A stretch of DNA of 63,710 nucleotides, filler included, from Perkinsus chesapeaki ATCC PRA-425 (GCA_013115145.1; 4 parts of 4 records of this genome joined end to end with filler, not necessarily neighbours in it); one strand, 5' to 3'; shown: positions 1 to 22,091, numbered from the whole stretch's first letter. Translations and numbers: made by a program. Notes: generated from the sequence alone by a model not told the origin.

Positions 1-10
1 AACTGGAAAA

Positions 11-232
11 GCCTCGAAGGTTACTCAGTCCAATACAGGCATGGGTGGTTTTCATCTCGTTTTATTATCAGCCACTTTAGCTTAGTGGTAGAGCGACTGC
101 TTCGTAAGCAGAAAGTTGTCAGTTCAATCCTGGCAAGTGGCTAGTGCGTTATTACCGGTCACTACAATAGGAGCTGGAGAAGCCACGAAGGTTACTCAGT
201 CCAATACAGGCATGGGTAGTTTTCATCTCGTT
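11..232 (+). repeat. 171-bp-period direct repeat: 51-bp tRNA-upstream block at 11-61 and 182-232
   Basis: GCC(T/A)CGAAGGTTACTCAGTCCAATACAGGCATGGGT(G/A)GTTTTCATCTCGTT, 49/51 identical; each copy ends 9 nt before a tRNA-Thr-like sequence. Confidence 0.85.
71..142 (+). tRNA. tRNA-Thr: tRNA-Thr(CGT)
   Basis: Acceptor stem GCCACTT/AAGTGGC; D-arm AGCTTAGTGGTAGAGC; anticodon loop TT-CGT-AA (one A-A mismatch at top of stem); T-arm GTCAG-TTCAATC-CTGGC; 72 nt. Confidence 0.8.
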
Positions 233-241
233 CTGTCGTTC

Positions 242-313
242 GCGAGTTCAGCTTAGTGGTAGAGCGTCTGCTGTGTAAGTAGAAGGTCGTCAGTTCAATC
301 TCGGCTATTACCT
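242..313 (+). pseudogene. tRNA-Thr(TGT)-like pseudogene
   Basis: Aligns without gaps to 71-142; anticodon loop TG-TGT-AA (U33 replaced by G), acceptor stem unpaired, T-stem mismatched. Confidence 0.65.
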
Positions 314-682
314 TCTCTCATCCTGGCTGCCTCAGTTGTTTTGTATAACCATGTCTGCCTTCACGTCTTCACCTAACACAGCCCACCACGGCCCGCGTGT
401 AAAGGACTTAGTCCACCAAAGGCCTTAGGACTACCACTCGGGCGGCATTCATTTTGCAGGAGTGCGGTATAAGTCGCAGGTGGGAAGAGCTTCCATAATT
501 TAAAATTAAAATTATTTATTTTTGTTGTCGACCGTCTGCCTCAGTATGGATCGACGTTGATGCAGCCTTCCCCGTGCAAAAGAAAACAGCGGATCAGAAG
601 AGGTGTAAGTTGACAGCGGCCCACATGAGGAATGTGTCACTGACCAGAACTTGGCTGCTCCGAGCAGCCAATGATGACTGAT

Positions 683-1194
683 CCAGGTACCACTCCAGTG
701 GCAGCTATGGCTGCGCTGTATGAAGTTAACTCAGAGTACCGTACGGAGATGAAGAAGAAATACCAAGTAAGTAGTCACTCTGATCTGCAGCACCATGGCC
801 TGCTAGGCGACCTAGGCTATGAATAATAACCGCTGCTCAGGCTCTGATATTCCGCTGCGAGTATCCATGGTCTGGTGGAGCTCCACATGAAGTGAAGGAG
901 AACTTCGAGTTCAGCAGCGACGGTAGGCCGTATGAGTAAAACAGCCTGTTCTGAACAGCGCACCATACATTGAACACATCGTTCTTCGTTCGCCACTATG
1001 ACTTTCGTCCAGCGGATGAACACACGCTGCTCCTGCCTTCTCAGTTTCATATTGTGACACAAGCTCGAACGGGAGTCCCATCATATGATATGATATCCCA
1101 CATATCAACATCAGAACTGAACTGCCCTTCGCGCCAAGGCAGCAGCGTAGTATGTGGCGCAGTTGTTGCCAACAACTTGTTGGCGAACTTTTAA
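683..1194 (+). CDS. Hypothetical spliced gene fragment
   Basis: Exon-like blocks with GTAAGT/GTAGG donors and CAG acceptors (GTTPVAAMAALYEVNSEYRTEMKKKYQ; ALIFRCEYPWSGGAPHEVKENFEFSSD; ORF 970-1194); no family recognised. Confidence 0.3.
1162..1183. mobile_element. Putative hAT excision footprint (T=GTTGTTGG)
   Basis: GTTGTTG-CCAACAAC-TTGTTGG, exact T[1-7]+rc(T)+T[2-8]. Confidence 0.65.
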
Positions 1195-1627
1195 TGGAAG
1201 GTTTTTGAAGATATTTTTGATAGCGCAGTGCAACGTAGCGATAGTAAAAACCCGCGGGGAGGTGAGTGCATGCGTGCAGATCATTGTGATGCACGTACAG
1301 TACACCCAAACACAATACGCAATCGACGTTCATGAACCGCTTTGGGCTAAATACTGTTATATTGAGGCCAAACAAGGCGATTATGAGCCAGTTGTTTGTT
1401 AATTATTTTTTTTAATCCTAGGTAGGGAGATGTCTCTCGATGGCTAATAAACTGATTTACATAAATCGACAAGAGTATTGTCATAAATTATTACTCATAA
1501 TACCATCGTAGACATGGATAGCACCAATCTCTCAAACAATCATCGAATTATAACTTAATTGAGACTCGGTGCTCTCCCCTTCCCACACTCCCGTACCATG
1601 GGTTTTTATGTGCAGTTAAAAGTTCAG

Positions 1628-1747
1628 CCCGAAATTGATTTCCATATCCGCGAAATTGTGATCCCTATTCGCGAAATTGATGTCCTTATCCGCGAAAATG
1701 ATTTCCTTATTCGCGAAGTTGGTGGCCTTAAACGCGAAATAGATTTC
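1628..1747. repeat. Degenerate 21-bp minisatellite, about 5.7 copies
   Basis: Units like CGCGAAATTGATTTCCTTATC recur every 21 nt. Confidence 0.85.
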
Positions 1748-1826
1748 TGGAAGGTATAATTACTAGTCTAGTCCAGAAGGTTTAAGTTGAGCCAACATGC
1801 ATACTGCATAGAAAATTCATTGGTGA

Positions 1827-1848
1827 GACCCAAATTGGGTCACCCAAT
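1827..1848. mobile_element. Putative hAT excision footprint (T=GACCCAAT)
   Basis: GACCCAA-ATTGGGTC-ACCCAAT, exact. Confidence 0.65.
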
Positions 1849-2141
1849 TAAAGTCACTCCGAATCATGAGTATTGCCCCTCCCCATTCGAGTAGGATATT
1901 ACTCCAACTCAACAGCATATCAGTTTCAAAGACAATGAGGGTAGCGTGGCTCGATCAAGTTGTTGCAAAAACTGCTATGAAATGGATGATTTCTTCATTC
2001 AATCGGCCCGATCCCCGATTGAATCGGGACTATTCAAACTGGGTTGAAATTAAAGATCCTAGCGCAGAAATGAGAATTACACTTCGTGACGAGGTCGTGA
2101 CTATTTGATCGTCCTCTCGTCGAGCTTCAACAAATCCTATC

Positions 2142-3848
2142 CTATGGCTTGATACACGGCGACGACTTTATGCTGCTTCCAAAGTTAGGATATTGAGACT
2201 GGTTAGTTAGAATACCACATGCACCTAAAATATCTGAATCCGGCTTGAGTAATGACTCTCACGGTACGATGCTTGAATAGTACGGTAGCTACCTCGGGGA
2301 ATTGCAGCTCCAGTCCTCTCGATATATGCAAAACCTTTCATACCCCAAGATTTGCCCCAAGAGTTCATAATCTTCCAATATCTGAGACATACTCGTACAA
2401 GATAAAGGAGGAACGACAGTGTATTACGGTATTCCAGTTGTTGAAGTACCATATCCAACAATTGTGACTTGGTGGTTGATATTTCCGTCACCACAGGCCT
2501 TGGCTGAGAAATAGCTAATAACCAACGGGAACTGTGTGTGTATCCGCTAACCTGTTATGATCCCCGATTTGTATTTTCTTAATGCTGGCGCCCCAGCATG
2601 CAAGGTCACACCTACAGGCCCTTGTGCAACAGCATACATCATGAATAATTCATTTGCCGGACGCGTCAAATAGACATGTGCGATATCTCCTGCCTAAGAG
2701 TCGGGAATAATGTCCACAATCTTGCCGTCAACTAACGTCTTTGAAGATATGACCTTGATGCACTGCTTCTGTGGATTGGTAACTAAAGTCGTCTTGCATG
2801 TCCCGTCCTTAGCTACATAAGGGTAGCTAGAGGCCTTTACCATACCCTGCTTGCGAGCATAGTCATACACGTATTCACTACGTCCACCACCACAGCCGCT
2901 AAGTAAGGAAAAGTTCCCAACGTCTGGCAGTCGTTAAAGCTTACTTGTTCATTGTGCTGCAGTCGACTATCTGTTGAACCGAGAAGGGCACAACTTTAGA
3001 TATTCCACTTTGAATTTTGAATCGGCTTTCCATCACAGCTGAGATTGAGGAAAGGCTCAATCACATCCTTCCGGTAACCTTGCTGGCGTAAGTCAAAGAA
3101 GCGGTAATCTACTGCATTATTTATACTGCATACTATGCGGTGCACGTACATCTCAGCGCTTTATAGACCATAATGGTTGATCATGAGATATACGACTTAC
3201 CAACGCTTGAAATAGCATAACAGCAGCCACAGCTCCGTAGCATCGCTACTTGGTCTCTAACCGGTCCGAGGGCACCTGCTGCTTCCCAATCGACGTCGGT
3301 CGGTAAGTCGCCCACATTTGTCCCATTGGGGACATCTGACTGCCCTGCAAAAAAATGGAAACATATGCGTATGATGTGCCTCGTGGACATAGTGGTTACC
3401 CGAACCTTCGTTGTTGCCGATTTCCAGTCTTCTGTTAGCAGCTTGACTCATGCAAGTCATAACCTTATTGAACTGCTCTTGTGGGATGTCAGAGTGTTCG
3501 TTGATACCAACCTCATGCTCCACAGCACCTGAAGAGCCGAACACTAAGAGTCACCTTATTAACTAAGGCTTAGTAAGCCTTGAACTAAGCCTGGCTTAGT
3601 CCATGAACACAAACCTACCGTTCCTCCTAACCTCTTCAATTTCTTTCACACTTTGAGCGAAGGCATCCATGGCAGCTTGATACTCCTCTGGGGATTTGTA
3701 GACTTTATTATACCTCCACACCGCACACGCTAAAGTCGTTTATCATCATAAAAACTCACTTCTTCACAAATCCTTGGAAATCCAGTTCAGCATATTGGAC
3801 TAAAGCTAGGGAGGAGTAGGACAAGTAAAGATACCCGGTTAGTCTCAT
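2142..3848 (-). CDS. Papain-family (C1A) cysteine protease, copy 1, multi-exon, N-terminal leader plus I29-like prodomain
   Basis: MRLTGYLYLSYSSLALV..., FQGFVKKYNKVY, LPTDVDWEAAGALGPVRDQVAMLRSCGCCYAISS (catalytic Cys), NHQVTIVGYG (His), YWKIMNSWGKSWGMKGF (Asn), ends GACGIL...SSPCIKP*; GT-AG introns. Confidence 0.9.
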
Positions 3849-4915
3849 GGCTATCTAGATTGGAGCAAACAGACTCAGATATGTCAAAGAAGGTACCGAT
3901 CTGACATCGGCGATCTCTAATTGGCACGGTAACTGAAATGGTCTTGGGTTTCCGTGGCGCCAGTGCGATGATTGTCTTCGTGTAGAAGCATTGTGACGCC
4001 ACGTTTTTACTGTCAGAGTTTCAGGGCGCGACTTCTCGAGCCACATACGTACTGCGAGTAGCCTCCTTTTTCCCCATAGTACATAAGTGACTGTAAGCCT
4101 CCTGTACAACAATGGAACAATTCGTGGTGAATTATCAGCACCTCAATTGTGAGTGGAGCTTGCAGTTATACCAGAGCCTGTGCTGCTACTCCGTTGCCAA
4201 ATATTACATGCAGCGCATGACGACTTGTAATTGACATGCCATAGTCATGTTTGAGCCATCTTTGGGTGTTATTTTTCTTTAAGGTAAGCTCATATGAGCA
4301 CAACGATAGACATATGTGCTCACTCGAATAAGTTCTAACTACCGCTCATTAATTAGCAGTTGATTGCTGAAGAACTGCTCTGCGCCATACTGCGGACTAT
4401 ATATGACTCCATCCAATGTACTGGAAAGGGTGGATCTCCGGCCCGTGGTGTGCTCAAGTTGCTCTCCCCTTGAGTGTGAATCACTATTCCATTAGTTGAC
4501 AAAAAAATTTGCTTAAAAATTCGGTATAGTACTCTTTATTAACCAACACGTCACTATACCGTATAGTATAGTCTATACGCCGTCTTCCATCTTAAACATA
4601 GGCCGGAGTATTTACCGTCTGTGAAAACCATCGAAACGGAGACTTGGGAATGTTGGGTAGCACAGAACAAGGCCCACCTGCTTTCAGGTCGCCATTTACG
4701 CCATCAGTTATACACGCGTGCCTGGGTACGTACCCTGGTGCAACCATGACTTTCTGAAATATTCCAGAGTTGCTGCGTCTTCGAGCATGCTGTCGATGGT
4801 GCAACGGTGAAGGGCTTTTACATCTCTTTTGAAGTCTCATCGCTTCAATATTCTTTTCTGTTCCCTCGGTGCTCAAATTTATGTATTTCGGAAGCTCTCG
4901 GTAAATGTTCTCTGA

Positions 4916-4988
4916 TACTCCCAGCGGGGTTCGAACCCTCGACTTACGGCTCATAAGACCGTCGCTCTAACCACTGAGCTACAGGAGC
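4916..4988 (-). tRNA. tRNA-Ile: tRNA-Ile(TAT), intronless
   Basis: Reverse complement GCTCCTGTAGCTCAGTGGTTAGAGCGACGGTCTTATGAGCCGTAAGTCGAGGGTTCGAACCCCGCTGGGAGTA; loop CT-TAT-GA; several G-U pairs and one T-stem mismatch. Confidence 0.8.
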
Positions 4989-5330
4989 TATGAATTAAGC
5001 GGACTTCAATCCCACTTCGTCACTTAACTTTAGTCCAATAATACCGTTCGAGCATCAAACTATCGTGTCCCATCATGGGACTCCCATGTTCGCCACAAGC
5101 TTGTGCGCGTGTCTCAATAGCAAGCTATAAATTGACCGTATTGACTCCAAATATCTAATCTGGGGCTCCCGGAATTGTGCTAAGCTGTCAGATAATATTC
5201 AAGTATCGCTTTCCTCGTGTATAATTAGTCGATCAGGGGTATTGGGTGAGGCCTGTGGTGATGTAGTCCAAGGCGATACTTGAGTGATGGTCAGGGCTTC
5301 GCTTAGAGCGAGTTAGATGCACGCTTAGAG

Positions 5331-6685
5331 CAAGTCTTCCAAGACTTGCAAGGATCCGGGTCGGAAGGCCATCGCTCATGAGAGCAAGGCGTCGCATCAA
5401 GCTGCTGTTGCGAGGCATAACACTGCCTCTGGTGCTACTCTATCGGTCGTGAGGAAGATGCATGATGCAGCCATCAAAGCCTTCAACAATAAAAGTATCA
5501 GTGATGCTGCCAATGTTAAAAACTATATCAAGATATCTCTCTGGCTCGCTGCCAGAGAGATTCCTCACACAACGAACTACACAGCAGCTATAGAGTTCAT
5601 TTCATCTTTCAATCCGTCGATGCTACACTGGGCCCAAAGCCGGGCCGATAATGCCCACTATAGGTCTGCGTCAATATGCACTGAGTTTATCTCTCTAAGC
5701 AGTGATGTCTGCGACAAACGTACAAGCACGAAGCTCAAGGATGGGATTTTGAAGTTCAAGCGCTGGGCTGCCCAGCCTGGGCATTGATGATTGACGAAAC
5801 AAGTTTATATGGTCAAAGCGTGTTGGCCATTTTTGCCCGGTTTCTGACGGGCGAGGGCATTGACCAAGCTGAGGTTATTGAGGAGCTGGTGGTTTGCTGT
5901 CCTATTAAGAGCACTAAAGCGGCTGCCATAGAAGACTGTTTAGTCAGTGAGTTAGAAAGTAGGGGGATAAACCGTGAAATGTGGAGTATGCTAAGCGCTA
6001 TGTCATGTGACGGTGCGTCAGCTATGAAGTCAGATCAACAAGGGCTCTTTGGCAGATTGAAGAGACGTTTCAAGTTGGACACACTCCAGTTTCATTGTCG
6101 GGCACATCGTGTTAATTTGGTCTCGAAAACAGTTTTATCGACTGGTGACTTCCCTCAGCTTGAGGCTGTAATCGCCCTATCGCAAGAGTTATACACTTTC
6201 ATGGGCAAATCTGACAAAAAAATTGAACTATTCAAACAGATATCCATGGAGGAAATCAGTAATGATGCAGAAAGTAAGTTGCCCGTATCGGTCACTTCAA
6301 CACTTGCTCATCAGGTAATAAGTCTCTCGACAGATTCCTTAAATTAGTGGAGGCAGGGGGTACACGCTGGCTGTCGCATAATAATAGCCTAGAAAGACTG
6401 ATAAGAGTGTATGTCCGACTTGTCAAAGTACTCGACCGAATAGCAGAAGACTCTGACTTCGATATGACGGATAGGTCCCGTGCAGAATACTTGCTGGCGA
6501 AGATGCTAAGCAAGGACACCGTTCTCTCTCTAACACTCCTTTCGAAGGTCCTCTCAGAACTAGCCCTGATGACAAAAGCATTTCAGTCTCCATCGTGGAC
6601 GCTGGATCGCGCGGCGCGATCCAGCGGCGAGATCCGGGTCTTCCGAAGACCCGGAAGAGTGCACCGGGTGCACTCTTCCATTTGA
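5331..6685 (+). pseudogene. hAT-superfamily transposase (DUF4371/ZMYM/C17orf113-like), disrupted
   Basis: WLAAREIPHTTNY, WALMIDETS (first catalytic acidic motif), MSCDGASAM, FHCRAHRVNLVSK (CxxH), LKLVEAGGTRWLSH (RW), ALMTKAFQS; frame breaks near 5783 and 6345; ends in a palindrome cluster; no TIRs found. Confidence 0.85.
5762..5783. mobile_element. Putative hAT excision footprint inside the transposase (T=GCTGGGCA)
   Basis: GCTGGGC-TGCCCAGC-CTGGGCA; deleting 14 nt restores K-R-W-A-L-M-I-D-E-T-S in frame. Confidence 0.75.
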
Positions 6686-6783
6686 GCAATACCGCGGATA
6701 TTAGGCGATTCAAGATCACTTGGAGTGATTCGCTTTAAGGTGTATGTAGGCAGCGTACTTTGCAGTTCCATTTGTTGTTCTTC

Positions 6784-17332
<10,549 letters not shown>

Positions 17333-18018
17333 TTGTCTCGAGTTTTAAGAGATGCATGCAGGCAATCGACTGTTTCAATGAACCAGTGCTCGGTTTGTTG
17401 TGATATGTAACAGCTAGTGACATACGATACAACAGCCTCAGAACCATAAAACTGTAAAGGGTCTTCTTGCTAGACAAAGGAACGAACGGGAGATACGTCG
17501 AAAGTACCTTTATTGCCTTGGCAACCTAGATAATACCCGATCAATTTCGGATGACTCGGACCGGAGTGTCGAGCGAGTCGCTCGGAGCGACACGAGAGTG
17601 GCTGGTCAGATAAGCTAGTACGTGACACACTCGAGTTGCACTCCAATGCAATGTAGAGACGGTACAATTGCGCTTCGACCTTGGTGAACGTGTACACTTC
17701 ACACAACATTTGTATGCGTACACTTGGAAGGTCAAGGACGCATGCATTGCCTTGCTTTGAATGAAGCGGTTATTTGTAGGATACAAATTGCATCTGTGGG
17801 TGCAACAAGCAACAGTGGTGCTGCACCACTTTTTCGTTGAGCAAGAAGAGCTATATAGTTCGACTTGATATTAACCGCTTTCCCGACCGGGAAAACGCAG
17901 AGCTCAGGCCCAAACATGAGCAGCGCTCTCCCCACTGGTGAACGTGCATGATGAGTTATGAGGAGCATGGTTCGTGATAGACAATCGTTGATAGCTCAAT
18001 CTATGATTTATTACTTAC

Positions 18019-18064
18019 GAATGAGAGATATTTGCCTCATCGAATGAGAGATATTTGCCTCATC
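18019..18064. repeat. Exact 23-bp tandem duplication
   Basis: GAATGAGAGATATTTGCCTCATC x2. Confidence 0.95.
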
Positions 18065-19087
18065 TTCATTTATCCTATCCTGAATTAGGTAGAATGACAA
18101 CGAGGAAGGCCCTTCCCTGTTTATGTCGCTACCTCTATCCCCAGACGCGAAGGTTTCGACTTCAGCAAAAGCTTCGGTCTTCCTCGCGCATGATATCCAC
18201 TAGGATTGTGTTAGACGACAAGTTATAGCTCAACATCTCTTATAGAGAAATACGGACAGTCACGACACAATTGCAGTCTAACAGATGTACTAACCAGTAG
18301 TTGAACCAGAGACATTGTGATTAATAGCTAGAGGATACACCAGTCCACCATTTCATCGTGCCGCTACAGACCGCATCATGAAGTACATGCAATCAATGCC
18401 AGGCAATAGCTGTAGACCCAGTGCCGCACCCGACTGGCAACTGTTTAGGTCACATAGGTTTAAAGATATTGTCATATCGAGAAACTCGATAAGATAAGCG
18501 ATAAAGAAACGTAAAACCCACATTCGGGCTTTGCGTGCCATGAATCTAATGAAGACTATCCCTTGATAATGTGAAACTGATATTCGTCATCGTTAGTGTT
18601 GCGCGTGAAGCCAATACAACTTCTAGATATTTGATTCTTTTCAATTCAAAATAGGAGTTATGTTAACTCAAACGGGAGTCGTTCAGAAAACAGCAATAGA
18701 GCGTCAACTGGATCAAATGGAGTTGGCATTTTATCATCGACAATAACCTGACTAAACGACTGATGCTTTCCAGATGCCAGTGGGACTTTATCGGGTCACA
18801 CGTTGGGCAACTCAAGAAAGGGTGAGGGACCACTGCTTCCATAGCAGGAGAACTCCTCAGAACGTGACATAATACTTGAGCTGCCACCAGGCTACCGGGA
18901 CTTGATCAAACAGGTGTTAACATTAGTGTTGGTAGTTACTCTCACAAGCTCCATTAAATGCGGAGCATTAGACAATAAATAAAAAAGGCAAGTTATTTGT
19001 GACTGTTGTAAAGCCCCCAATCCTGATATTGAGATTATTCTTGAGATGTCATCGTGAAGTCACTGGAGATTGCTCGCCTCCTTTCAA

Positions 19088-19357
19088 GTTTCAAAAAATC
19101 CTACTCTATGGTCTGATACATGGCGACGACTTTATACCACTTCCGAATACAGGATATTGAAACATTTCGGTTAGAATACCACACGCACCTGAAAAATATC
19201 TAAATCCGATGCAACTTGCAACTTCCGCAGAGCTCAAAATACCAGGCATGCTGGCTACCTCGAGGAATTGCAGCTCCGGTCCTCTCGATATATGCAAGAC
19301 CTTTCATACCCCAAGACTTGCCCCAAGTGTTCATAATCTTCCAATATCTGAGATATA
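19088..19357 (-). pseudogene. 5'-truncated C1A protease fragment (last two exons), inverted relative to copy 3
   Basis: YWKIMNTWGKSWGMKGLAYIERTG and GACGILTEMFQYPVFGSGIKSSPCIRP*; nearly identical to the reverse complement of ~21840-22110; homology stops a few nt into the upstream intron. Confidence 0.85.
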
Positions 19358-20458
19358 TGCTGCTGCTGGGCCAATTGTGGGTCACACTTTGTCACAGTTG
19401 CTGTGACCGTCACAGCTCTCGCAATCAATATAATAGATATACTAACGGGAGTCTCAAGGGTAGGTGATTTAATGAAATTTAGCAGAAGTACTTTGAATCA
19501 AACTGCTCGATAATGAAAACTACGTGGCTTGCCATTCTTTCTCTGAAGGGAATAGGTGTCAGACACCAGGTGTCTGATACCCCTAGCTGGCGCGGCCAGC
19601 CTCATGGCTTGGCAGCCGGTCTCTCACAGTGAAAGGGCCCCGCGTAGTACTCATCCATTCAGGTATCGCCACCCGGCCGGCAACTGTTCTATAGTAGTGT
19701 TCAGGGCGAACGATAAAGTCGGCAATTGTCCCAGCCCAAGCGTTACCACCACTCGGATTATTGTCATCCTAATTTTGCGCTACACTATCTGTTCTGCGCC
19801 ACACAAGCCAGAGCCCATCTAATTCAATAACAGAACAAGGTAGCAGAGGACTCGCAGTGAGCTTCCCTCCCTAACTCACAAGTACGTGGGCTGAAAGATT
19901 TGAGTACATGGCGACTAGAACCCCTGCTCCGTCCACCACACATGGAGCGGGTGAAAACTCCATATATTTTAGAGTAAAATGCTGACAGTGGTTTAGCGAG
20001 TAGCTCTGGGATCAATTATCGTGGCTACACGACTACGAGCGAGTCCCAGCGAAGAAATCTATGATGACCATGGCTTGCCATTCACTATTGATACCATCCG
20101 TTAATGGAGCAGTAACACAGGCTTTGGCACAATAGCTAATACTCCGCAAATTAAAGTATCGTCACTTAATGATGAATAACTGTATGAGAGGTTTACGAGT
20201 TCCGTATGAAAGGATGAGAAGTAGCCTATTATGCTCGTGGCTCACGGAGAATCATGAAGGGTCGCGGAATTTTGACAATAAAACATCGCCACGAGGAATC
20301 ATACACAAATAGCACTTGTCTCCTCCGCGCCACAGAAACCCAAGACCAAAGCTCGTTCATGGTACGACAGCGAGATCGGTGTTATTTTGGGCACATTCTG
20401 TAAGTCATAAGCCTCGTTTACTGCAAATTGGAGTCTCTCATATTGATATCTATTAGCA

Positions 20459-22091
20459 ATGAGAGTAATAGGATATCTTTACTCGTCCTACTCCTCGCTG
20501 GCCTTGGTCGAATACGCTGACTTGGATTTCCAAGGATTTGTGATGAAGTGAGTGTTTTATGATGATAAACGGCATTAGCGTGTGCAGTGTGCAGGTATAA
20601 TAAAGTCTACGAATCCCCAGAGGAGTATCAAGCTGCCATGGATGCCTTCACTCAAAGCGTGAAAGAAATTGAAGAGGTTAGAAAGAACGGTAGGTTGCCC
20701 ATGATGAAGTGTGGCTGATAGTCTTCGCCTCTTCAGGTGATGTGGAGCATGAGGTTGGTATCAACGAACACTCTGACATCCCACAAGAACAGTTCAATAA
20801 GGTTATGACTTGCATGAGTCAAACTGCTAACAGACGACTGGAGATCAGCACTAATGACGGTGAAGGCTAGAGGCCATGCGATGAAGTACGTCGTCTCCAC
20901 ATGCACTTCAGACCACAATGGCACAAATCTGAGGGACTTGCCGACCGTCGTCGATTGGCAAGAAGCTGGTGCTCTCGCAGCAGTAAGGGACCAATCAACA
21001 CTGTTACGGAGGTGCGGGTGCTGTTATGCTATGGCATCTACTGGTAGGTCATTCTGTATGAACGTATAGGATGATTATCATGCATGGCGCTAAAGCATCC
21101 GATATTTCACAGCTCCTGTGATTCATGCAGTGATTCCATCAATTCATGTTCGAAGTGACTTTTGACTATATAATGTTCGATTTTCCCCCTGTTAGCTGTA
21201 TTGGAAAGCCGATTCAAGATTCAGAGTGGAGTATCTAAAGTTGTGCCCTTCTCGGTTCAACAGATAATCGACTGCAGCACATCTTATGGAAACAAGTAAG
21301 CTTTGACAACTACTAGACGTTGGGAACTGTTTTTCCTCAGCGGTTGTAACGGAGGAGAGAGTGATGACGTGTATGCCTATGCTCGCAACGAGGGTATGGT
21401 AAAAGCCTCTAGCTATCCTTTTGAAGCTAAAAGTGGTACATGCAAGACCAATTTAGTTACCAATCCGCAGAAGCAGTGCATCAAGGTCATATCTTGAAGC
21501 CGATGTTGAGCTTCAGATGGATATTTATTCCTCGTAGGCCAGAGACATAGCACGTCTCCATCGCACCATTCCGGGGTCTGAAGCAAGTATGATGGAAGCG
21601 GTTGCACAAGGGCCAGTAGCTGTCAGCTTGAATGCTGACGCGGTAGCATTCAAGAAATATAAATCGGGAATTATTACAGGTTAGCCAACACATTGATATA
21701 ACGTGCTGCGGATGTACTATGTTTCAGCCAAGGCCTGTGGTGAGGGAAATCTCAATCACATTGTCACAATTGTTGGATATGGTACTTCAACAACTGGAAT
21801 ACCGTAATACACTGTCAATGCTCATTTATCTTGTACGAGTATGTCTCAGATATTGGAAGATTATGAACTCTTGGGGCAAGTCTTGGGGTATGAAAGGTTT
21901 TGCATATATCGAGAGAACTGGAGCTGCGATTCCTCGAGGTAGCCAGCATGCCTGGTATTTTGAGTTCTGCGGAAGTTATGAGTTGCATCGGATTTAGATA
22001 TTTTTCAGGTGCCTGTGGTATTCTAACCGAAATGTATCAATATCCTGTATTCGGAAGTGGCATAAAGTCGTCGCCATGTATCAGACCATAG
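20459..22091 (+). CDS. Papain-family (C1A) cysteine protease, copy 3, multi-exon
   Basis: MRVIGYLYSSYSSLALV..., VRDQSTLLRRCGCCYAMAS, NHIVTIVGYG, YWKIMNSWG, ...SSPCIRP*; same intron positions as copy 1. Confidence 0.9.

Noticed and set aside
4592-4954. 120-aa minus-strand ORF overlapping tRNA-Ile
   Set aside because: It starts inside the tRNA and has no recognisable motif.
19525-20083. 13-bp direct repeat TGGCTTGCCATTC (19525, 20071) as a possible TSD around 533 bp
   Set aside because: No poly(A), TIR or coding signature inside; one such pair per window is plausible by chance.
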